Shown piece by piece: positions 37,761 through 51,029 of a stretch of 64,000 nucleotides of DNA (the stretch's first letter is position 1; every line of letters starts with the position of its first letter). This DNA is from Octopus sinensis (Eukaryota). A model generated the notes under the pieces. It saw only the letters and a program-made list of their open reading frames with translations. It was not told the DNA's origin and made no database searches. The position numbers and the translations under genes are program-made. The stretch is taken from assembly GCF_006345805.1 (NCBI RefSeq), contig NC_043002.1:70308001-70372000 (forward strand), in the 5' to 3' direction.

Positions 37761-38998
37761 TAATTGCATTGATAATATCAATTAGTAGAAGTTATTTCAA
37801 ACCACTATATTAAATTTGTGGTACATTTCTGCATGCAGAAAGCACCAAAGTAGCGTTTCCTCTGTTTCTAAATATTTTGATTACTTTTGTCTTGCAATCT
37901 GAGTTGAATAAAGGTTTTTGAGAAAGTTTGATTAGAAAGAAACATGCTTGGTACTTTTAAATATTCGTTTTGAAGACCAGATTCACTCCGATCCGTGTTT
38001 GACTATAATATCTAAAAAAATTCAATTAACTGAGTGTCGACATCCATTGACAAGGTTGCAAAAGCAACGATAACTTTGGAAGAAAAACATAGTGGAAGTT
38101 GAACCGGTGAGTATGTTAGATAATAAGGTATTAAGACAATATGACTCTCCCCAGACACAACAAAATGAACTTACTGCTTGATTGTGGATTTTAAAAATCA
38201 ATAGAGAGAGATTTTGTAAGTTAGTAATAATGGATAATATCTATCAATATAAATGTTTGTTTTGCAGCACATTTTATCACCTATATGAGACGCGACTGTA
38301 TCAATATTTAGTATGCAGAAGACTCCCCTGAGCTGTTTTCTTTCAACCATATGGTAAATTCACATTATCCAATACTGTTCTCCTTAAACTAATCATCTTA
38401 TCTATTTACTGTAAGAGACAATACGGTAGTAGAATCATATTATTCAATTGTGGCGTCACAGCATTACGAAAATATTTGCTGACACATTTAATTGACCATT
38501 TCACACAGAATCTAAGTCATTTACATCTTGCTTGATCTGAATGAAATACTTATAGATTTGCAGAGTTTATCGGTTGGCTATATAATCCTACTTTAGCTAA
38601 TTACAAAAGTTGGAACCTCTCCTTCATCATTAACTAAATTACTGCGGCTTTAAAGGATAATAACGACAATCTTAATTATCAAAGACGAACCGAGGTGTGT
38701 ATAAATAGATAAGAACAAGATCGAAGTAACCAGCCAACAACATCGTATACACACATGCACACGCATACACACAGAGGTAGATACGCACACATTTATGTGT
38801 TGTCTTGCTACTGAATTAAAGGACTGTTATTAAGATAAGCACTCGATATCCATCTGAGACACTCAACATACGATGGACGTATTCATTCGTAAGTACAAAC
38901 ATTTCACATTCATATATATATAATACATATATATATATATACATAATATATTACCATACATACACACACAGACACCACACATACATATATATATATAT

Positions 38999-39032
<34 letters not shown>

Positions 39033-39250
39033 TCTCGATATAGATACAAATATATGTAATGTATATAGTAGACAGGGCACGTTGAGCTATTTCTCTGTAG
39101 ATTGAAGCAATAATGAAAAGACAATCGATTTTCGAACCTTACAACGTCTCTAATACATATATATATACATATATATATTATACACACACACCACACACAC
39201 ACACGCACACACACAGACACACAGACACACACACACACACACACACGCAC

Positions 39251-39283
<33 letters not shown>

Positions 39284-39292
39284 GTATGTATT

Positions 39293-39346
<54 letters not shown>

Positions 39347-39375
39347 TATATATATATATATATATATATACATAT

Positions 39376-40330
39376 ATGGGAAGAGAATGGGCCCCAACTA
39401 TGTAAATCTGTTCTTTGGCTACGTTGTGGCCCAAATATTCTCAGAATCCACTGGTCCCACTCCCGAATTATACGGTTGTTATATCGATGACTGCATCGTC
39501 GCAACCTCATTCTCCCGCGTGCAACTAGACTCCTTTCTCGCTTTTGTCCAATCCTTCCATCCTGCCCTCGAATTATCCTGCCCTATCTCTAACTCTTCCG
39601 TCGAATTTCTTGACATTTCTATCAGAATACACCACTCCGCTCTCATTATCTTTGTCCATTACAAACACACTGACTCCCACTCCTACCTTGACTTCTGCTC
39701 CTTCCAGCCTATCCACACCAAGTTCTCCATCCCCTACTCCCAATTCCTCCATCTGCACAGGTTCAGCACTGAAAACCATGATTTTGAAACTCGGTCTCAA
39801 CTCATGGCTCGCCACTTCGTCCTACGTGGCTATTCCCTCACCACTATCCAGCGCACGATCTGTGGACCTTGCCAGCACACGATCTGTGGACCATGCCTGT
39901 GCTCTTTCTCCTCGCTCCTGCTCCACCGTTTCCCGTCTTCCGTTTCCCCTTACCTACCACCCCTCAACCCTGCCCCTCCAGCGCACCATTCTCCGAACCA
40001 CTCCATCTCGCACATCTTCCCCAACCTACACATTCCCTCCTTCAAATGATCCCATAATATGCATGGCCTTCTGGTCGACAGTTTCTTCCCTAACTCTACC
40101 TCCCAGCCTCCCCTGCTTCTGCTCACGCTGTCGGTTCGCGGAGCACCTCCAACACATCAGACTCAGCAATAACAACCCGGTCTCTGCGCCATTTCCTTTC
40201 CACCGGTAATTCGCTACAGCATCTGTCTGTGCTCGGACTGTCTTTGTACAGGGGCCATCCAGACTCTCACCTTCGCAGTGAACATACAGTGATCTTCTCT
40301 CTTCGCTCTATTGCCCCACATGGGCTAAAC
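39376..40330 (+). mobile_element. Penelope-like element (RT C-half plus GIY-YIG remnant), 5'-truncated
   Basis: MGPNY.NLF.GYV...YIDDC...FLDISI...YKHTDSHSYL...SIPYSQF...RGY, then RFAEHL..IR...NPVS and EHTVIFSLRSIAPHGLN. Confidence 0.9.
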
Positions 40331-40799
40331 TCACCTCCTCTCTTCCTTTAATACCAACCCCATACCGCTCCACACCCCAGCACTGATTACTTCCCAGCAC
40401 CACCACCCCACAATCTTCAATAGCGTCACCACACACCGCTATATGAGCAATCACATACACTGTTTAACACAGTACACACACCACACACCGTCATGCACAC
40501 TCTGACACCCACACAAGCACATAAAACCTGAACAGAGACAATATATATGCCCACACCCACACAAGCACATAATACCTGAACACAGGTTAAATATACATAG
40601 ACACGCAACACGCATTAACACACACATCGTACATAGACAAATGTTTTAAAACATTTTTTTCGTTTTTCTTTTGATTTCACCATGTAATGAGGTAACATTA
40701 ATGATTCGTTATTGAAAAATTTTTATTTACCATTGAAACAAAAATAGCTAGTTCTTTTTGAAAAGATTTCGTGCTCCTCCAGTAGAAAATAGCCGAAAA

Positions 40800-41420
40800 T
40801 TTTAATTGACCAATGTTCCTACTCAAGGCAAAGGGAAGGATACCCAGAGCATTCAATACAATATGGATTTATTTGTTTGCACGCATTATTTTTCTCATTT
40901 CACTATAACAGCATACATAACCTTTACGAACTGTTCTGTTCAATTTGTCCCATTCGCTGCATCTTTTCAAGTTATGGTGGGTACAAGTGCTTGCAGCTCT
41001 TGATGTTGTTGTTGGGTGATTGTTCACATCGCAGAATGATTCAAGAACAGATTTTCAAAAACTCAGCAATCTACACTTTCTGTTGATTGTTCTTTCGAAA
41101 TATCACAAAAGCATTTACTACGGCTGTGTTGAGCAGGTTTCAAAAGCAATCTTGTGATATCATCTGATGCTTTTCCTAAGAGGTGTGAAGTAGCTCAGAT
41201 ATATCTATTTCCTGTTTCATCGCATTGTAGTCAGAATTATTACTGGCTTCTTTACTTCCTCATCATTCACTCTTCGCCATGTTCCCATGAAGCTAAAGTC
41301 GCATTTCGTAGATAACTTTAGCACATCACGCATATCCTTCCACTTTGCTATTACAATTCCATCCTTTTGTTGCATGCCAATAATTTGTCCTTTATGGAGC
41401 CGTTTAGAATACTTGGTATT
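40800..41420 (-). mobile_element. piggyBac transposase remnant
   Basis: Minus strand KGQIIGMQQKDGIVIAKWKDMRDVLKLSTK...KKPVII.DYNAMK..ID...RKSIR*YHKIAFE..NTAVVNAFVIF, with a Cys-rich end (YVCCY...YCIECSGYP). Confidence 0.75.
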
Positions 41421-41844
41421 GCTAATGCATATTTAAGCTTGCTAATTTAGGTTAAGCTAATTTGCAAATTATAGACAATTAAGAACCGAAAAAGAAAGAA
41501 GCAAGAATTAGTATGCATGTAATAGTTATACCTATAAAATTTCCACACGATCTACCCGTTGGTCGTGTGGTATCTAGGATGTGATACGAAAAAGGGTACC
41601 ATACGACCCTCCAGTGGGAGGTGGGTATCTAACACAACCTATGTGATCCTGGTCTCACATATGGTATAGTGTAATAATATTATGCTGCTCATGTCAAAGT
41701 TAATTAAGATATCGTTTTGCGACACTGAAATAAAATGTAAAAGGATGCTCGATGCCAACGTGCTAAGTTACGGGGACATAAACAAACCAGAACTGGTTAT
41801 CAAGCGGTGGTGGTCGTAGAAACAAAGATAAGGGGGGCACATAA

Positions 41845-41982
41845 TGTTGTGTGGACGCCCCCAGGACGATGAAGTAGGCTAGCCCAATACGTAGATATAG
41901 AGGGAGAAGCCAAGACGTCAGGAGTAGTAGAGTAGCGGAGAGAGTAGGGTTGAGTAGAGGCATCTGAACGTGCGACATAACA
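41845..41982. mobile_element. Possible short solo LTR (138 bp)
   Basis: Starts TGTTGTGT and ends ACATAACA (inverted TGT...ACA termini). It is GC-richer than its flanks and sits in a SINE-D remnant; the target-site duplication is unclear. Confidence 0.4.
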
Positions 41983-42418
41983 CATACATACATACATGCG
42001 TACGTACGTACGTACATACATGCATGCATGCATACATACATACATGCATACATACATACATACATACATACATACATACATACATACATACTACATACAT
42101 ACATACATACATACATACATACTTCTATGCTTCAGAAGAACGTGAAGTAATTCGGAAAAGTGAATCTCAAAGGAATAAAGCTATAAATGATATTGTATAA
42201 ATATTGGGTCAAAAGAAACCTATTGGATGGAATAAGTAGAGCTTGCCCAAAGAACTTGCACACTCAAGCACACACGCAAACGCAGGGAAATTTACTCGAA
42301 CACAAATATTCAAGCATACACATACGCGAACTAGGACACGTTGACACAAGCAAACACACAGAGAAACTTTATTACGTAGAACCACACAGACGGACAAACA
42401 GACAGACAGACAGACACA

Positions 42419-42467
<49 letters not shown>

Positions 42468-43640
42468 CTGCGCACATACAAAAACCCACAAACAAACACA
42501 CACATAAACAAACAAACACACACGAACACACAGAAACAAACACACAAACACACATGCAGACACACACAAACACACATATACCCACACGTATACCCACACA
42601 TACAAGAATTAGCATACTGTCAAACACATGCGAATACGCAGCGAAACTTTCTTACACACAACAAACATTCACGCATACACACACACACATGTACACATAC
42701 ACATGCACACACACATATACACACACACACTCATACAGAAAGATTAGGACACATACTCGCACACAAGCAAACAAACAGAAACGTTCCCCCCCAACACACA
42801 CACACAACCACACACATACACACGCGCAAACAAAGAAGCACATGCACATGCACGCGCATGCGCACAAGAACACATTCGATCCTTTGCAACTGCATTGTAA
42901 TACAGAAGAAAACTCTTGTCCAGGATGAAGAAAATTTTACAAATTGCTAAGATCCGACAATTCTAAAGTGTGAAATGCGGTTTCAGGAAATATGGAAGAG
43001 AGAGAAAAGAGAAAAATAAATAAATTTAACAAAAGTGAAATCATGATAAATATTAGATTGGATTTCCATGTGCAAAAGTGATATAGGAATCAAAAACGAA
43101 AACAATGAAAATACAAATATGACAAAAAAAAAAGAAGAAAAATGTAAAACACCAAGAAAAAATATAAAATATGAAAAGAATCCTCCCCCTCTTAAGAAAG
43201 AAACACATCGAATGACAATGAAAATTCGATGCCAAAGAATAGAAGTTGAAGAGGTTGGCAGTGATAAATGATGAGACTGAGAATGAGGTGATTATGATGA
43301 TGATGATGATGATGGTGGTGTGTGGTGGGAGGAGGAGAATAATGATGATAACGAAGATGATGGTAGAAGAATATGGTGAAGTGATATATATATACTATAT
43401 ATATATTATATATATTATATATATATATATATATAATATATATGTATGTATATATGGGTGTGTGTGTATGTATGTATATATGTAAAAATTGAAGAGGGTC
43501 TTCACGTTGATGTTCATGATAAATGATGATGATGACGATCATGATGAAGAACCAGCAATTGGGATAATCGAGATATGTTACTCATACCTGTGAAAGACAA
43601 CGTTTGATACATGTGATACACACACACACACACACACACA

Positions 43641-43675
<35 letters not shown>

Positions 43676-43681
43676 GGAGAG

Positions 43682-43748
<67 letters not shown>

Positions 43749-43988
43749 ACAGACAGATAGATATACTGTTGATATTTTTTATAATGATGTAAATACACAT
43801 CTATGCATATATATGTATATGTGTGTGCGTGTGTGGGTATTCATGAGGATGCCTTTTCAATACATTGTCTGGTTTAAATAAACACACCAGACGCCATCAT
43901 ATATCTAAGGTGTCAGTACAAAAGGTGGTGAGACTCTGCATAACGAGTAGCAACCACCATATATATATATGGTGGTTTCTTACTCGTC

Positions 43989-44048
<60 letters not shown>

Positions 44049-44249
44049 ATATATATATAATATGTATGTATGTATATGTATATATATATATACATATAAA
44101 TATGTATACACATATGTATATATATATATACATACATATGTATATATGTATATATAAATATACGTATATATATGTATATATAATAGAAATAATAAAATTA
44201 CCAAGTCTCTTTAAAAGAGATTACGACAGCGTTTCTGGAAATTAATGGT

Positions 44250-44609
44250 TATCTCCATACTAATATGGCATTCTTAAAAATAAGAATAAAGCTGTCGCTG
44301 ATTAGCTCCATGAAGCTATCGCCTCAAGTTAGCTACTTGACACACAAACTGCGTAAATAGAATCTTCGAACGGATACGGTCAGTAGCGACACCTGCAGGT
44401 CTGACTACGCTGCATTGAGAAGGGGCAACAACCCTGAACATGTCTGTAGCTGTCGGCTAGCAGCTTGAAGAGGCTGACCTCCCCTGTTCGAAGGTTAATA
44501 ACGGACGCAGTTTTGTGTGTCAGTAGCTAGCTTGAGGCGATGCTTCATGGAGCTATCAAGCGACAGCCTTATTCTTATTTTTAAGAATGTCTATATTAGT
44601 ATGGCGATA
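44250..44609. repeat. 360-bp rod-like inverted repeat with central hammerhead relic
   Basis: Arms at 44250-44354 and 44505-44609, with inner pairs CTTCGAAC/GTTCGAAG and GGTCAG/CTGACC. Confidence 0.9.
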
Positions 44610-44620
44610 TACATACACCC

Positions 44621-44667
<47 letters not shown>

Positions 44668-44701
44668 ATATAGATATATATATAAAATAAGTATCCACAT
44701 A

Positions 44702-44757
<56 letters not shown>

Positions 44758-45587
44758 GTATATGTATATATATGCATATAAAGAAAGTAAGTTAGAGATT
44801 GTTAATCCAGCCAAGTGATAGTATCTATCCAATATACTGCTGTTGGAAACAGCCGTAAGAAGTTACTCTTCTTTCTCTTTTCTCTATTCTAGAAATTACT
44901 AATACTTTACAAATGTATTCATATACTAATTGAACTGTATAAAATAAATGAATAGAAATATGTCTAACAACTGAAGAATAATACCTGTGGATTCCCTCCA
45001 TTTTCTTCATGTGTGTCGGTGTAGTGCATGCGGGTAGGTCAGCGTGTGCGCGTGTCTGTGTATGTGTGCAATGATGACACGTGTGTGTGTGTGTGTGTGC
45101 GTGTGTTGTGTGTGTGTGTGTTGCGTGTGTGTGTGTGTGTGTGCGTGTGTGTGTGTGTGTATGGCGAACAACTGGCTAGCAGGCCAGTAGTAAGAATTAA
45201 GGAGCGGTGTTTTGGGTCTAATCGCAGGTCAAAAACAAAGGTGTGTGTGTGCGTGTATGTATATGTAACGTGTGTGTGTTTTGTTTGTAGTATGTGTGTG
45301 TTTTTGTGTGTATGCGTGGAGTTTGGGTGTGTGGCGAGTAGCTGTGCTTAACTTAATGTATGTGTGCGTGTGTGCTTGTACGTGCGTGTGTGTGTATATA
45401 TATGTATGTATAATTATGTGCGTGTATGCATGGTTGTGCGCCGTGTGTATGGGATGTATGTGTGGGTTCATTTGTGTGTGTGTGTGTGTATGTATGTGCG
45501 TGTAGTTGTGTGTGCGTGTATGTGTGCGTTTGTATGTGTGTGTGTGTAAGCGTATATGGATGTATATGCGTGTATCCGTGGGGTTGT

Positions 45588-46145
45588 GAGTTTTTCGCGC
45601 GTGTGCGTGCGTATGTGTGCGCATGTTTTTTGTGTGCGTATGTATGTGTGTGTCTGTGCTTATATGTGCTTACGTATGTGTATGTGTGCGTGCGCGTGTA
45701 GGTATATATTGTGTGTATGTATATGTGTCGGTGTGTATGTGAATTAGTGCGTGTTTGTACGTGTGTATGTGTATGTGCGTGTATTGTATATATATGTAAA
45801 TGTACACACATATAAACATATAACCACACATATAAACCCCTACATTTGTACACACACGCACATATATACATATATTCACTCCCACGCACGTACACACACA
45901 CACGCACACACACACACGCACACACACACATTTACATATATATATACAATACACGCACACACACATACACACGTACAAACACACACTAATTCACATACAC
46001 ACCGACACATATACATACACACAATATATACCTACACGCGCACGCACACATACACATACATACACACATATAAGCACAGACACACACATACATACGCACA
46101 CAAAAAACATGCGCACACATACGCACGCACACGCGCGAAAAACTC
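45588..46145. repeat. Inverted duplication (arms ~217 bp) of complex GT/CA low-complexity sequence
   Basis: 45588-45803 is the near-exact reverse complement of 45928-46145, including non-repetitive words such as GTGAATTAGTG, GTCGGTG and GCGAAAAACTC. Confidence 0.9.
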
Positions 46146-46191
46146 TCTGTATATATACTTATGTATACATACACATACACACATATATAGA

Positions 46192-46410
46192 TTCTTTTAT
46201 TCTTTTTATTCTTCTATTTCTTCCAGTCAGTTGACTACGGCCATGCTTGAGAATCACCTTTAGTCGAACAAATCGGCCACAGGATTTATTTTTCGTAATC
46301 CTAGTACTTATTCTATCGGTGTCTTTTGCCAAGCCGCTAAGTTACGGGGACATAAACACACCAACATATATTGTCATGCGATCGCGGGTAAGACAAACAC
46401 CGACACATAC
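46192..46410 (-). mobile_element. SINE family D, 3' part
   Basis: CCATGCTTGAGAATCACCTTTAGTCGAACAAATCG...GCTAAGTTACGGGGACATAAACACACC. Confidence 0.8.
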
Positions 46411-46422
46411 AATATATGCATT

Positions 46423-46467
<45 letters not shown>

Positions 46468-46529
46468 ATATATATTAATAATTATGTATATATATCGTTT
46501 CCAATTGTTTCTTTTTTATATATAAATGG

Positions 46530-47830
46530 AGAATTGTTCGTTAAATATTTCCCTTAGTTGGGAATAAAGTTTGACTACTAAGAAGCCCATAACGAGTGTT
46601 GCATATTTGGGGGCTACTTTTGTGCCCATCACCGCTTATTTTATTTGTAAGGAAAAGTTGTTATCGAAGAAGTGGTTATTTTCCAGTATTAATTTTAATC
46701 CTTCTAAAATGAGGGTTTTTGAGAATCATTCCATGATATAGTTCGGATGTTCTGTTAAGCAGAAGTTTACAGCTTCAATTCTTAGGTCGTGTGGGATGTC
46801 GGTGTATAGACTAGTTACATCGAAACTATCTCGAATTGTTTCCTGGTTGACACTTTTAGGTATGTAGTTCAAAAAGTTCATATCGTCCTGGACAAAACTT
46901 AGTATCATTTTACATAAAGGTTTTAGAAACTTATCCATCAAGCTGCTTAAGCCTTGTGTGCTGGATGCTGTCTTAGTTGTTGGATTGGGGGTTGATTCCT
47001 TATTCTAATGTCTTTCCATCTGGTTTGTTTGGGTCTATGATATGGTGCCGGGAGAGTTCTATTTATTCTTTGGTTGGGATTCGAAGTTCTCTTATTTCTT
47101 GTTATATTTGCGTATGATCGTAAATGTGTTTTTCTTAGAGAACTGCTGTATCTTTGTCTGTCTTGTGGAAAATTTCCTTACCTTAATGGCGTTTTGAGTT
47201 CTTACGGCTGTGGTAGTAGGTCGGTGTTTAGGTTTTATCTGGTTTTTACCATAGTTGTTTTCGTATTCCTGTAGCCAGTGGATTTTTGATTTTAAGATAT
47301 TCTTGGACTTCATCTTGTCTCTGATGGCATCGCTTTTCGACGTCTAGAAATTTGCGTTGGATACTACCGTTGCATATTTTGCTAATTTCTTCATGTATAT
47401 AGGTGTCATATGTCTCAAATTTCCTTTGGAAGTTTGTTAGTCTAAGGCGAAGTAGTGTGGTTGCACCTTCAAATCTCTGTACTGCTAAATTAAGGCGAAT
47501 GTTTATTTTTTCATTTGTTTCCGACGTTGTTTCTTTGATACGAAATTTTCTTAGGAGTATTACTTCCTTGTTCCTCCATTATGTATATGTGCTAGCTAGG
47601 TTTTCATTTCTTAGGGCTCTCCAATATGCTTGTTTTCTTTTATTTAATATACTGTTCCAGATGTTTTTCACCTGGGTTTTCTTTTCGTATGCTTCCTTTT
47701 CCAAGTTGAGTTCATAACATTCTTTTAATATCTTTTGTGTGGTTGAATTTAATTTGTGGGGATCCACTCCAGTTCTACTTTGGTTTTCATTTTGATAACA
47801 GTGTTTCTCTGTAGGTCCGTGTTTCTTGTT
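46530..47830 (-). mobile_element. Second Penelope-like element (N-terminal domain plus RT N-half), decayed
   Basis: LSSLMDKFLKPL...FDVTSLYTDIPHDL..EAV...LILENNHFF...MGTKVAP.YATLVMG; the upstream N-terminal ORF reads MDPHKLNSTTQKILKECY.... Confidence 0.85.
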
Positions 47831-49356
47831 CCATTACATAGAAAGCATTAGTAAGGGATTCATATTTGTTTATCATGATTGAAATCTCGTCCAATAATGT
47901 TTAAGATTTCTGTGTCTCGGCTGTTGAAATTGATGTTGTGTAAGACATCTTGTCTTGTACCAAACCGTAAAATATTAGAATAATAAAAAAGTTCTTGATA
48001 CAGTATAATATGTTTCAAAAATGAGTAGAGATGACTTTTGGGGGGATAATTTTTATTTCATTGATAATGTTTACAGTTACACTACCAACTGTGAAAAATG
48101 AACAAAATGACCTCAAAAGATTCACAAAATCATCTTTTGACAAGAACTCAACAACCATTTTGAACACTCCTAAAAATATTCCATTTCTTTATTCCTGATA
48201 CACTAATCTCTTCTCACTACCAATCTCAACTACTATGTGTCGTCTTACCTTCCACCTTTTCTTTTTCTGTTTTTCAATTTTCTGTTTTCTTTTCTTCTTT
48301 CTTCTTTTTTTCTACGCATGGTGTTTGTATTTACTTTTTGCATTCTTTATAATTTTATATTACTTATANNNNNNNNNNNNNNNNNNNNNNNNNNNNNNNN
48401 NNNNNNNNNNNNNNNNNNNNNNNNNNNNNNNNNNNNNNNNNNNNNNNNNNNNNNNNNNNNNNNNNNNNAAGCGAATGTTTATTTTTTTCATTTGTTTCCG
48501 ACGTTTTTGTTTTCTTTGAACGAAATTTTCTTAGGGTATTACTTACTTTACTCCTTGTTCCTCCATTATGTATAGTGTGCTAGCTAGGTTTTCATTTCTT
48601 AGGGCTCTCCAATATGCTTGTTTTCTTTTATTTAATATTACTGTTCCAGATGTTTTCACCTGGTTTTTCTTTTCGTATATCTTTCCTTTTCCAAGTTGAG
48701 TTCATAACATTCTTTTAATATCTTGTGGTAGTTGAATTTAATTTGTGGGGATCCACTCCAGTTCTAACTTTTGATTTTCATTTTGATACATGTTTCTCTG
48801 TAGGTCCGTGTTTCTTGTTCCATACATAGAAAAGCATTAGTAAGGGATTCTATATTTGTTTATCATGATTGAATCTCGTCCAATAATGTTTAAGATTTCT
48901 GTGTCTCGGCTGTTGAAATTGATGTTGTGTAAGACATCTGTCTTGTACCAAACCGTAAAATATTAGAATAATAAAAAGTTCTTGATACAGTATAATATGT
49001 TTCAAATGGTAGAGATGACTTTTGGGGGGATAATTTTTATTTCATTGATATGTTTATAAGTTACACTACCAACTGTGAAAAATGAACAAAATGACCTCAA
49101 AAGATTCACAAATCAACATCTTTTGACAAGAACTCAACACCATTTTTGAACACTCCTAAAATATTTCCATTTCTTTATTCCTATACACTAATCTCTTCTC
49201 ACTACCAATCTCAACTACTATGTGTCGTCTTACTTCCCTTTTCTTTTCTGTTTTCAATTTTTTCTTTTTCTTTTTCTTTTCTTCTTTTCTTCTTTTTTTA
49301 CGCATGGTGTTGTATTTACTTTTTGCATTCTTTTATAATTTTTATATTACTTTATA
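47492..49356. repeat. ~880-bp direct duplication across the scaffold gap (probable assembly overlap)
   Basis: 47492-48368 recurs at 48469-49356, differing mainly by homopolymer indels. Confidence 0.85.
48369..48468. other. Assembly gap (100 N)
   Basis: Run of exactly 100 N. Confidence 1.
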
Positions 49357-49922
49357 TTAGTTTTTATACTCTTTATTTTTTATTTTTTTACCTTTTGTTT
49401 TTCTTTTTTCTTTCTTATTTTTGTATACTTGTACGAAAAAATCTTTTGATATACAAACAACCCTCTAAACCACAGAATTTCAGTTTGCAAACGGTTATCG
49501 AAAAACTCGAAACTCATGAGAGTAACTGTAAACATTATCATAAAAATAAAAATTATCCCTCAAAAGCCATCTCTACTCCTTTTTTCTAATATATATATAA
49601 TAGAAATATGTTACAAAAAGAAAATAGAGACTATACGTGGTAATGTAAGGGGAAAGTAAGAAAAATAAGCGAAAATGCACATTGGAAATAAAAAAAGTAA
49701 AGGCTTTTTATGAAAAGTAACGAAAGATATATACAATTAGATGAACAGAGGTAGGAATAAAAGTAATAAAAGTCATTATTGTGAATTATTAAAGAGATTC
49801 GAAAGCATACCGGTTTCGTAAGTTACTAATCATTGCTTTGAATACACTATTCATTGCTTTGAATGCCCACCGATTTATGAACGGTGTCAAGTCTATTAGT
49901 CCCTGGAAGAAAGATTATGTTC

Positions 49923-49964
<42 letters not shown>

Positions 49965-50386
49965 ATATATAAAACCGAGTGATGGACAAATTTATAAAAA
50001 CACACACAGTATGCTTTAGGATCACAAGTTTCTAACATGTAATTTCTGCTCTATTTTGCCCTCATGAGATTTTTACTCAATATGTTTTTCCAAAATATGA
50101 ATTTTTATAAATTTGTTATAGGTTTCAGGTTTGAATTGAAACAATTCTAGGGATTATTAATATTTATATCATTATAATGATATAATATGTTAATAAATTA
50201 ACATATATATCTATTGAACTCTCCATCTTCATTTTGTTATTTGTGTATTGAATATATATACCCATTTGTTTTGTAGAAATTATTTTCTACGGTATTGGGT
50301 ATTAACCCAGTTGAATTAGTGAAAATTGGATGTTTCCATCCCTATAAAACGAAATTCCTTCCATGTATTAGATTATATATATCTCT

Positions 50387-50417
<31 letters not shown>

Positions 50418-50840
50418 TATATTATATATATATATACATACGTACATATGTATATGTATATACATAGATACACGCGGAAGCACACACACACACATATGTA
50501 TGTATATATACACAAATATGCATACATACGCATATATATGTAGGTGTGTGTATGCAATTATAGTAAGTTGATGTAACTTGCAAGGGGTAATGTGAAGGTC
50601 AATTTGTTACAATATTTCCTGTAACTGATCGAACAAGGAAATATCGAAAATATTCGAAAGAAAAAGATTGGACCGAAACTATAAATAAGCGATACATATA
50701 TACATACATACATACATACATACATACATACGTACATACATACATACATACATACATACATACATACATACATACATACATACATACATGCATACATACA
50801 TACATACACACATAATATATACATACATACACACATACAT

Positions 50841-50875
<35 letters not shown>

Positions 50876-51029
50876 TATGTATAAAAACTAAATGCTGAAG
50901 TTAAGGAACAATTATAAAATGACAAGCAGTTAGAAAGAAGGATGAAGGACAAGAACAGCGTGAAGGAGAAAAGCCAAATAGAAAGTTCTAGAAAACTAAA
51001 TGGTAATGTAACAAAAATATGAAACTGAA

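Noticed and set aside
38040-38112. Consensus donor CCG|GTGAGT as an exon end
   Set aside because: There is no convincing acceptor, and the upstream frames are closed within about 35 nt.
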